A stretch of DNA of 64,000 nucleotides from Verrucomicrobiia bacterium. GTDB lineage: Bacteria > Verrucomicrobiota > Verrucomicrobiia > Limisphaerales > CAIMTB01. This document shows, piece after piece, positions 50,563 through 58,366 of this stretch. Location of the stretch: assembly GCA_019634625.1 (NCBI GenBank), contig JAHCBA010000005.1, positions 136,950-200,949 on the forward strand, written 5' to 3'. The notes below the pieces were generated by a model. It saw nothing but the letters and a program-made list of their open reading frames with translations. It did not search any database and was not told where the DNA came from. A program made the translations under genes and the position numbers. Position 1 is the stretch's first letter. Each line of letters opens with the position of its first letter.

Positions 50563-52836
50563 TTACGGGCGCTCGATGCGGACGATGGCGTTGTAATCAG
50601 GGACCCCGCCGACCGAATCGACGACGCCATGGGGAATCAGGACGTTGCCCTCGGGCCAGTGGACCTGGAGGCTGCCGCGGGCAATCGAGGCCGGGAAGAC
50701 GCGGGCTTCGAGTCGGCCCACCTCACTGACCAGCACCACGCGGTCCCCGTTGGCGACGTTCAGTTCGGCGGCGTCGGCGGGATGCATGAAGACCGCATCC
50801 CGATCCGCACCCGTGAGGGGATCGCGTTCCGCGTGGATCAGCGTGTTGAACTGTTTGCCCCGGCGCGTGGAGACGTGGAAGTGGCGGGCCCCGGTCTGGC
50901 CGCTGGAGCGGATGGCACCGAGCACACCGGAATCGGCGGGTAGCGCGACGACCTTGAAATGGCCCTTGCCGTCCGCAGTGCCGAACCGGCCTTCTTCGCA
51001 AAGGCGCTCGCCGCCCCACTGGATGGCGTCGCCGGTCTTTCGGAGGTGCTGGACGCCGTCGTAGAACGGGATGACGCGGGCGATTTCCTCGCGGATGGCC
51101 TGTCCCGACTGGCAGCCCAGGAGATGTGCACGTTCCGGATGCGTGGCGGCCGCGAGGTCGCGGAGGATGCGCCATTCGGCACGCGCTTCCCCGACCTGGC
51201 GCGGGATTTCAGGGCTGAACATCACCCTTCGCTCGGTGCTGGTCTCGATGCCGCCATCGTCCTGTTCGAACCGCGTCTTGGCCGGGAGCAGGATCACCTC
51301 CTCGCCCGGTTCGAGCAGCATCTGGTCGGTCACGATGATGTCCTGATGCACCCGGAGCGGCACCCGCTGCATCGCCCGGGCCACCTGGTCCGGGGCCGGC
51401 AGGGTGCGGAGGAAGTTTCCACCCACGCAATACAGCGTGTCCAGAGCGTCCCGGGCGCAGGCCTCCACCATTTCGACCGCCGTCATGCCGGTCCAATCCG
51501 GCACCGGGAATCCGTACTGCGCCGCCAGCGCCCCGGCATTTTCGGAGGTCACCGGTTTTCCTCCGGGAAACGCGGTCGAATAGCAGCCCATCTCGGCGCC
51601 GCCCTGAACCGAACTGTGTCCGCGGATCGGCATCAGTCCGGTGCGGGGACGCCCGACGTAACCCATCGCCAGACCGAGGTTGAGGATCATCGAGACCGCA
51701 TCCCCCCCGCGGGCGTGCTGGGTGATGCCCATGCTCCACACGAAGACCGCATTGCGCGAGGCATGGAGGAGGGCGGCGAACTCCTCGAAGTCGGCGCGGG
51801 AAAGTCCGGACGCCGCCTCAAGGGCGGACGGGTCCTGGCCGAGCACCGAGGCGCGGAACGCGTCCCAGTCGGCGGTGTGGGTCTCGACAAAGGCGCGATC
51901 GTACCAGTCGCGCTCGATCAGGACGCGGAGGACGCCTTGCAGGAAGGCGATATCGCCACCCTGGGCGACGGGAAACCACCAGTCGGCGATGGGGGTGCCG
52001 AAGACCGCGCTGCGGGGGGTGCTGGGAACCCAGTACCGGATCATGCCCGGTTCGAGGAACGGATTCACCATGGCCACCCGGGTTCCGCGGGCGCGGGCTT
52101 CGTCGAGGTACTTCATGGTGACCGGCTGGTCGTTGGCCGGGTTGGAGCCGAAGAAGACAATCAGATCGGTGCCGTACCAGTCGCGGTAGCTGCAGGTGGA
52201 CGCCGCGTAACCGAGGGCATGTTTCATCGCGCCGGTGCTGGGGGCGTGACACAGACGGGCGGCGTTGTCCACATGGTTGGTGCCGAGAAACCGCGCCGCC
52301 TTCTGCGCCACATAGTACACCTCGTTGGTGACGCCCCGCGACGTGACGAAAAAGGCCAGCCGTTCCGGATCGCTCCGGCGCCACCGGTCCGCAATTCGCT
52401 GCTGGGCGTCCTCCCAGGAGATCCGCCGGAAGCCCTTCTCCCCCCGGGCCCGATGCATGGGAAACCCCAGCCGGCCCAGGGCGCACAATTCTGCGTTGGA
52501 TCGGCCCCGCAACGCCCCCACATCCGCCAGGATGCCCGGATCGAAGGCCGGCATGGTGTTCAGCCGGAGCAGGCTCAGGCGGGTCAGGCACAGATGCACG
52601 CCGTCGAGGGTCCAGTCGTGCAGGCCGGCCACGCCCAGGGCGCAGCCGTCACAAACGCCCTGCGACAACACCTTCCACGCATACCCGAGATTGTCCCGGT
52701 TCGCCCAGGCCGCCCGGAACATCTCCCGGAAATGTTTCGGTTTGGTCGCCCCCAACCCGAATGGCACGGGCAGGCCACCAGCGGGCGCGGCGTTCAAGAC
52801 GCGTTGTCGCGCGCTCGGGGCGATCGTGTCGGGCAT
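50563..52836 (-). CDS. FdhF/YdeP-family molybdopterin oxidoreductase
   Basis: Lies in ORF 50563..52893. The start was set at MPDTIAPS (52836). N-terminal YdeP-type block KPKHFREMFRAAWANRDNLGYAWKVLSQGVCDGCALG. It has molybdopterin-domain length and a C-terminal beta-barrel (RVVLVSEVGRLEARV). It is adjacent to fdhD. Confidence 0.8.
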   Translation of the reverse strand: MPDTIAPSARQRVLNAAPAGGLPVPFGLGATKPKHFREMFRAAWANRDNLGYAWKVLSQGVCDGCALGVAGLHDWTLDGVHLCLTRLSLLRLNTMPAFDPGILADVGALRGRSNAELCALGRLGFPMHRARGEKGFRRISWEDAQQRIADRWRRSDPERLAFFVTSRGVTNEVYYVAQKAARFLGTNHVDNAARLCHAPSTGAMKHALGYAASTCSYRDWYGTDLIVFFGSNPANDQPVTMKYLDEARARGTRVAMVNPFLEPGMIRYWVPSTPRSAVFGTPIADWWFPVAQGGDIAFLQGVLRVLIERDWYDRAFVETHTADWDAFRASVLGQDPSALEAASGLSRADFEEFAALLHASRNAVFVWSMGITQHARGGDAVSMILNLGLAMGYVGRPRTGLMPIRGHSSVQGGAEMGCYSTAFPGGKPVTSENAGALAAQYGFPVPDWTGMTAVEMVEACARDALDTLYCVGGNFLRTLPAPDQVARAMQRVPLRVHQDIIVTDQMLLEPGEEVILLPAKTRFEQDDGGIETSTERRVMFSPEIPRQVGEARAEWRILRDLAAATHPERAHLLGCQSGQAIREEIARVIPFYDGVQHLRKTGDAIQWGGERLCEEGRFGTADGKGHFKVVALPADSGVLGAIRSSGQTGARHFHVSTRRGKQFNTLIHAERDPLTGADRDAVFMHPADAAELNVANGDRVVLVSEVGRLEARVFPASIARGSLQVHWPEGNVLIPHGVVDSVGGVPDYNAIVRIERP

Positions 52837-52920
52837 GCGCGGGAGTATGCGCAACGCCGTCGCGGGAATGAAGTGGGAACGTGATGGCGCCACCTCCCGG
52901 AACCCGGTCCTTCCTCAATT

Positions 52921-52940
52921 GTCAAATGTATTGATTTGAC
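52921..52940. promoter_or_regulatory. Perfect dyad GTCAAAT-N6-ATTTGAC in the ydeP/NUDIX divergent region
   Basis: GTCAAATGTATTGATTTGAC has 7-bp perfect arms and is the only A/T-rich patch in this intergenic region. The outer GTCA...TGAC resembles the 21-bp motif family but with N12 spacing. Confidence 0.45.
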
Positions 52941-53499
52941 CCCGTTGCCTTCCTATCCCTCTTCCGTGCAACCGTTCGCCTGCTTTTGCCATTGTCCCCG
53001 CTGCGCCCATCCCGCCACTCCGCCCCGGACCGCTCCTGTCCCCTGCCGGTTCCAATGTGATTCCTGCGGATTCCAATACTACTTCAACGCCACGGTGGCG
53101 GTGGCGGTGTTCCCACGACGCGACGACGGCCGGGCGCTGTTCATCCGCCGGGCCAAGGATCCCGGACGCGGATGCCTGGCGCCTCCCGGAGGGTTCATCG
53201 ACATCGGGGAGACCGCCGAGGAGGCGGCCCGTCGAGAGTTGCGGGAGGAGGTCGGGCTGGAACTCGACACCCTGGAGTTCCTCTGTTCGGCGCCCAACGA
53301 GTACACCTACGCCGGGGTCACCTACCCCGTGCTCGATTTCTTCTTCACCGCCCGGACCGCCAGCACCGGGGGGCGAATCGCGGCGGACGAAGTGGCGGAA
53401 TGCGCCTGGCTCGATCCCCTCGAGGTGGATCCCTCGACCATGGCCTTTCCATCTATGCAGGACGCCCTGCGGATCTGGCAGGCCCGGCTCACCGCCTGA
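52936..53499 (+). CDS. NUDIX hydrolase with an N-terminal zinc ribbon
   Basis: Nudix box GGFIDIGETAEEAARRELREEVGL. Zinc ribbon CPRC...CDSC. The start codon is uncertain (TTG at 52936 per the track, or GTG near 52966). There is no ATG before the domain. Confidence 0.7.
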   Translation: MTPLPSYPSSVQPFACFCHCPRCAHPATPPRTAPVPCRFQCDSCGFQYYFNATVAVAVFPRRDDGRALFIRRAKDPGRGCLAPPGGFIDIGETAEEAARRELREEVGLELDTLEFLCSAPNEYTYAGVTYPVLDFFFTARTASTGGRIAADEVAECAWLDPLEVDPSTMAFPSMQDALRIWQARLTA

Positions 53500-54117
53500 C
53501 CCTTCGCGCAGCGGACAAACCGAGAGGCGTTCCGGCAACTCGCCGGCTTCCAGGAGTCCAGGCCAGCCTGTGAACCCGGAAGCGCCGGGTTTACAGACAC
53601 GTCCCTCCGGTTCCCCAAGTCCCCAAAGGCCTCCGGACACTGTCTCCTCCACGGCCACCTTGTCCGCCGTCCGTCCGGAGTGTGTCCGGATTCGGCGCCA
53701 CTGGGCAGAAGTCTGCAGCCGACGGTCAGGAATCCGCATCCGCACCCGGTTCGCTCCGCCCCAGCCGGATGAGCGCCGCGAATGCCACCTTCAGCGCCCG
53801 GTTCATCCCACACCGGACGACCACGCTCCATGCCCGGCATCGCCCTTGGAAACACCATCCGGAACGGCGTTCCGTCGCGGTCCATGAATGTCCGTCACGG
53901 ATTCCATCGCCCTGAATCAGCGTTCCCAGCCAGTCCATGCACGACTGTCCCCTGCCCGGCATCCCCGTCCGGCTGCCCTGGGACATGGCACGTCCGGTGC
54001 TCTCGAAGCCCATCCGTCACCACGGCCTGAAGCCTGTCCGTACGGACGGGAGTTCAGTGCGCCAAGGAGTGACGGCTGGTCGTCATCCCACGCAGTCCAA
54101 CCCTCCGTTCGCACCCC

Positions 54118-55827
54118 ATGAAGACATCGCCCCTGGCCGCCCACCCGAAGGCCCGTCCATCAGCCCGAGCCGCCTCCCCCTGCGGCCGCGCCTCCGCGAA
54201 GCGCCCATCTCCCTTCGCCACACTCCTGGCCCTGATCGCCCTCCTGATCGCTCCGGGCACGCTTCCCGGCCTTTCCTCATCCGCTCATGCAGCGACCTTC
54301 GACCTCTCCACCGCGACGATCGAGGACATCCAGGCGGCCATGAACGCCGGGGCCCTCTCCGCGGAACAGCTCGTCTCCCTCTACCTCGCCCGCATCGATG
54401 CCTATGACCGGAAGGGTCCCCGGCTCAATTCGATCATCCTCGTCAACACCAATGCCCTCGCCGAAGCGCGCGCCCTGGACCAGGAACGCAAGGCCAGAGG
54501 ACCCCGTTCGCCCCTGCACGGAATCGTCGTGATGCCCAAGGATGTGTTCGACACCTTCGACATGCCGACCAGCGGCGGATATCTCCCCATGGCCCGCTCC
54601 CAGCCTTCCCGCGACGCCTTTGTCATCGACCGCCTCCGCAAGGCGGGCGCGATCATCCTCGCCAAGCTCAATCAATCCGACTGGTACGGTGTGGCGGCCT
54701 CCGGGGGCAGCACCCTCCAGGGCCAGGTCCTGAGTCCCTACAATCCCCGCAAGTACGGCGGTGGATCGAGTTCCGGCACCGGCGCCGCCATGGCTGCGTG
54801 GCTCGGCACGGTCGGACTCGGCAGCGATACCAGCGGCTCGATCGTCAATCCCACCGCCCATGGCTGCCTTGTCGGCATCGCCGCCACCCAGGGACTGATC
54901 AGCCGCACCGGCATGATGTGGAGTGCCCCCGGCCAGGAGAAGGGCGGACCCATGGGACGCAGCGTGTACGACTGTGCCGCCGTCCTCGACGCCATCGCCG
55001 GATACGACCCGGCGGACCTCATGACGGAATCCTCCATCGGCCGCATCCCCGCCGCACCGTACACCTCCTTCATCCATCCCTCGGGCCTTGTCGGCGCCCG
55101 CATCGGTGTCCTCCGCGAGATGATCCGCGAAGGGGCCATGCACACTGAAGGGCTCGCCCTGACCGCCAGGGCCCTCGCCGATATGAAGAACGCCGGCGCC
55201 CTCCTCGTGGATCCGGCTCTCTCCGGCCTGAATCTCATCGCGGTTCAGCAAGGAGCCGGCGAGGCCGCCTTCACCCGTGCCGTCGCCATCGACGCCTACC
55301 TCGCCCGTCTTCCCGATACCGCTCCAATCCGCTCGGTCCAGGAGATGATCACCAAGGGCGGGAGCATGGTGAAACCGGCCATCGTCGAGACCGCTGCCAT
55401 CACCGACCTCGACCGCAACGCCGCCTTCATCGCCATGAAGAAGCAGCAGGTCATGCTGCGTGACGCCCTGGTGGAACTCATGGACCGCCACGCTCTCGAC
55501 GCCATTGTCCTTCCCTACCGCACCACCACACCGGCCGAATTCTCCAGCGATCCCAACGCGCGCCTGAGCAGCGGTGCCAGCGACGAAACCCGCAACAGCC
55601 TGCATTCCTTCACCGGACTGCCCACCATTCTCGTCCCTGGAGGATTCTTTCCCTCGGACGGCATGCCCTTCTCGATCCAGTTTCTCGGACGCCCCTACTC
55701 CGAACCCACCCTCATCCGCATCGCCAGCGGCTACGAATCCGTCACCCGCCATCGCAAGGCCCCGTCCCTCACCCCGCCTCTTCCGGGGGAGGTCATCGAG
55801 TACAATCTCGTGACGTCCTCCCGCTGA
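54118..55827 (+). CDS. Amidase (amidase-signature family), secreted
   Basis: Signal peptide, then the amidase signature GGSSSGTGAAMAAWLGTVGLGSDTSGSIVNP. Confidence 0.85.
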   Translation: MKTSPLAAHPKARPSARAASPCGRASAKRPSPFATLLALIALLIAPGTLPGLSSSAHAATFDLSTATIEDIQAAMNAGALSAEQLVSLYLARIDAYDRKGPRLNSIILVNTNALAEARALDQERKARGPRSPLHGIVVMPKDVFDTFDMPTSGGYLPMARSQPSRDAFVIDRLRKAGAIILAKLNQSDWYGVAASGGSTLQGQVLSPYNPRKYGGGSSSGTGAAMAAWLGTVGLGSDTSGSIVNPTAHGCLVGIAATQGLISRTGMMWSAPGQEKGGPMGRSVYDCAAVLDAIAGYDPADLMTESSIGRIPAAPYTSFIHPSGLVGARIGVLREMIREGAMHTEGLALTARALADMKNAGALLVDPALSGLNLIAVQQGAGEAAFTRAVAIDAYLARLPDTAPIRSVQEMITKGGSMVKPAIVETAAITDLDRNAAFIAMKKQQVMLRDALVELMDRHALDAIVLPYRTTTPAEFSSDPNARLSSGASDETRNSLHSFTGLPTILVPGGFFPSDGMPFSIQFLGRPYSEPTLIRIASGYESVTRHRKAPSLTPPLPGEVIEYNLVTSSR

Positions 55828-55837
55828 CTTCCATCCG

Positions 55838-55907
55838 GTGAATCCTGGAGTTGTGGGTCGGGGCGCGAACTTCGTGAAGCGTTGCTCGCCTGAGAGCCTG
55901 TCTGAAA
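55838..55907 (-). mobile_element. MITE-like repeat, copy 6 (internally deleted remnant, reverse orientation)
   Basis: GTGAATCCTGGAGTTGTGGGTCGGGGCGCGAACTTCGTGAAGCG... matches the reverse complement of the right arm. It then joins directly to CCTGTCTGAAA, the reverse complement of the TTTCAGACAGG extension seen at 32593. Confidence 0.55.
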
Positions 55908-56020
55908 TCCCGATGTCATCGGCCAAAGGGTCCGCGGGTGGATGGGATCCTCGGGATCCAAGGCAGTGGCCATCTCCTGCGCCGCACCTGCGCCGTCTCC
56001 ATGCTGGAAGGCGGCGGCGT

Positions 56021-57103
56021 TCAGTCCCACGGGAAACGGAGCTGGCGGTCGGGGGCATCCACCAGGCCCCCGACACCGAGGCCGAGAAGTCGCAGTGGGC
56101 GGTGGACGAGACGTTCCCGGCCTAGAAGATGACAGGCGAGCCGGTAGAGCTCGGACGGCGTCCGGACGGGTTCCTCGAGGGTGATCTGGCGGGAGAGGGT
56201 GGTGAAGTCGCCGTACCGGACTTTCACCTGAACGGTCAGGGCGGCGAGCCGTCGGCGCTCCAGTTTGCCGGCAATCTCCCCGGCCTGCTCCCTCAGGCAG
56301 GTCCTCAGGGTCGGGCGATCGTCGGTGTCCACGCGAAACGTCTCCTCGGCGCTGATGCTCTTGATGGCGTCGTCCAGGTCCAGCGGGCGGTCGTCCTCGC
56401 CCAAGGCATACCGGCGCAATTCGGCCGCCCACGAACCGGCCCAGGGGCGAAGGTCGCCGGGATGATCCTGCAGGTCGCCCACCGTCCGGATTCCGGCCTG
56501 GGCGAGATGCCGTTCCGTCACCGGCCCGATCCCGTGCAGGGCCCGCACCGGGAGAGGGCGGAGGAAGGCGACCTTGTCGCGTTCGTGAATGACGGTCAGG
56601 CCATCGGGCTTGCGGAAGTCGCTGGCCAGTTTGGCGAGGAGTTTGTTGGCGGCCACGCCGACGCTGGCGGTGAGCTGACGCCGGGATCGGATGGCTTCCC
56701 GGATCTCCTCGGCGAGGGGCACCGCGAGGTCGATCGCCGCATCGGGATCGTCCGCGCGGCAGCGCCGGGAAACGTCCAGGTAGGCCTCGTCCACGGACAC
56801 CTGCTGGACAAGGTCGCCGACGAAGTCCCGCACGAGTTCCATGACGAGCCGGGACTCGGCGCGGTAGGTGTCCATCCGCGGCGGCACGAAGATGCCATCG
56901 GGACAGAGCCTGCCGGCGGTGGCGCTGGGCATGGCGGAACGCACGCCGGACTTCCTGGCCTCGTAACTGGCGGCGCAGACCACGCCACGCCGGGTCGGAG
57001 GGGCGCCGACGATCACCGGCCGCCCGCGCCACTCCGGCCGGTCGCGTTGTTCCACCGAGGCGAAGAAGGCATCCATGTCGAGATGCAGGATCACCCGGAA
57101 CAT
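56021..57103 (-). CDS. dinB: DNA polymerase IV (Y-family)
   Basis: Lies in ORF 56021..57124. The start is MFRVILHLDMDAFFASVEQRDRPEWRGRPVIVG. Additional motif: VSVDEAYLDV. Confidence 0.9.
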   Translation of the reverse strand: MFRVILHLDMDAFFASVEQRDRPEWRGRPVIVGAPPTRRGVVCAASYEARKSGVRSAMPSATAGRLCPDGIFVPPRMDTYRAESRLVMELVRDFVGDLVQQVSVDEAYLDVSRRCRADDPDAAIDLAVPLAEEIREAIRSRRQLTASVGVAANKLLAKLASDFRKPDGLTVIHERDKVAFLRPLPVRALHGIGPVTERHLAQAGIRTVGDLQDHPGDLRPWAGSWAAELRRYALGEDDRPLDLDDAIKSISAEETFRVDTDDRPTLRTCLREQAGEIAGKLERRRLAALTVQVKVRYGDFTTLSRQITLEEPVRTPSELYRLACHLLGRERLVHRPLRLLGLGVGGLVDAPDRQLRFPWD

Positions 57104-57220
57104 CGGGCCGGACCCTGGACCCAACCCGTCCGAAACACGAGCCCCCGGGCCGTGGGGTCCAGTCCGTACCGGGATGATGGGGTGGCGGGGAGCGGGGCGG
57201 GGTGTTAGAACGGCGGTCGC

Positions 57221-58354
57221 ATGACGGGTGGCGCGTTGTTCTTCGGTTCGCTCCGGCTGGGGTCGAACCTGTTTCTTTCGCCTCTCGCGGGGTACACCAA
57301 CCTGCCTTTTCGCACGTTGGTCCGCGAGGTGGGCGGGGTGGATCTCTGCACCACCGACCTGGTGAACGCCCGGTCGCTGATCGAGGGGAATCCCAAGGCC
57401 CTGAAGCTCATTGAGTCGAACGAGCGGGACCGGCCGCTGGCGGTGCAGTTGTTCGGGGCCGTTCCCGAGGAGATGCGGGAGGCGGCACGGAGGCTGGAGC
57501 AGCTCGGGGTGAGTTCTATCGACATCAACATGGGTTGCCCGGTGCGGAAGGTCTGCCGGGTGGGCGGGGGATCAGCGATGATGTCCGAGCTGGGCCGCAC
57601 CCAGAGGCTGGTGGGCGGGATGGTCGAGGCGGTGCGGGTGCCGGTGACGGCGAAGATGCGGCTGGGCTGGGACGAGGAGAATCTGACGGCGCCGGATCTG
57701 GCGCGGGCGTTGGAGGAGGTGGGGGTGGCGGCGGTCTTTGTGCATGGGCGGACGCGGGCGCAGGGCTTTTCGGGGACGGTCAGTCTGGAGGGGATCCGGC
57801 GGGTGGTGGAGGCGGTGGAGCGGATTCCGGTGATCGGGAACGGGGATGTGACGACGCCGGAGGCGGCGCGGGCGATGATCGAGGCGACGGGATGCGCCGG
57901 GGTGAGCATCGGGCGCGGGGCGTTCTACGATCCCTGGATCTTCCGGAGGACGCGGTCGTATCTCGACACGGGGGTGTGTCCGCCCGAGCCGTCGTTCGAT
58001 GAGCGGGTGCGGCTGATGCGACGGCACCTGGAGCTGATGACGGAAGTGTTCGGGGAGAAGCACGGGTGCGTGATGTTCCGCAAGGTGGGGCCGTGGTACG
58101 CACGGCGGTTTGGTCCGGCGAGCGTGTTCAACAAGGGGGTGGTGCAGTTGACCTCCCGGGCGGAGTTCGAGGGTTTGCTGGATCGCTATTGCGCCTGGCG
58201 GGCGACCTTCTGCGACGGGACCGGCGAGCTGCTGCCGAGGTTTCGTCCGGCGCCGCTGGCGACCGGGTTTGTGGAGACCGGATGGGAGGCGGGCCCGGCG
58301 GTGGCGGAGCGCGGGGCAATTCCGGTGCCGCGGGGTCCGGTCGAAGTCTGGTGA
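57221..58354 (+). CDS. dusB: tRNA-dihydrouridine synthase (DusB-like)
   Basis: Motifs: LSPLAGYTNLPFRTL, IDINMGCPVRKV, VTAKMRLGW, VHGRT. Confidence 0.85.
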   Translation: MTGGALFFGSLRLGSNLFLSPLAGYTNLPFRTLVREVGGVDLCTTDLVNARSLIEGNPKALKLIESNERDRPLAVQLFGAVPEEMREAARRLEQLGVSSIDINMGCPVRKVCRVGGGSAMMSELGRTQRLVGGMVEAVRVPVTAKMRLGWDEENLTAPDLARALEEVGVAAVFVHGRTRAQGFSGTVSLEGIRRVVEAVERIPVIGNGDVTTPEAARAMIEATGCAGVSIGRGAFYDPWIFRRTRSYLDTGVCPPEPSFDERVRLMRRHLELMTEVFGEKHGCVMFRKVGPWYARRFGPASVFNKGVVQLTSRAEFEGLLDRYCAWRATFCDGTGELLPRFRPAPLATGFVETGWEAGPAVAERGAIPVPRGPVEVW

Positions 58355-58366
58355 GGGCCGCGCGCC

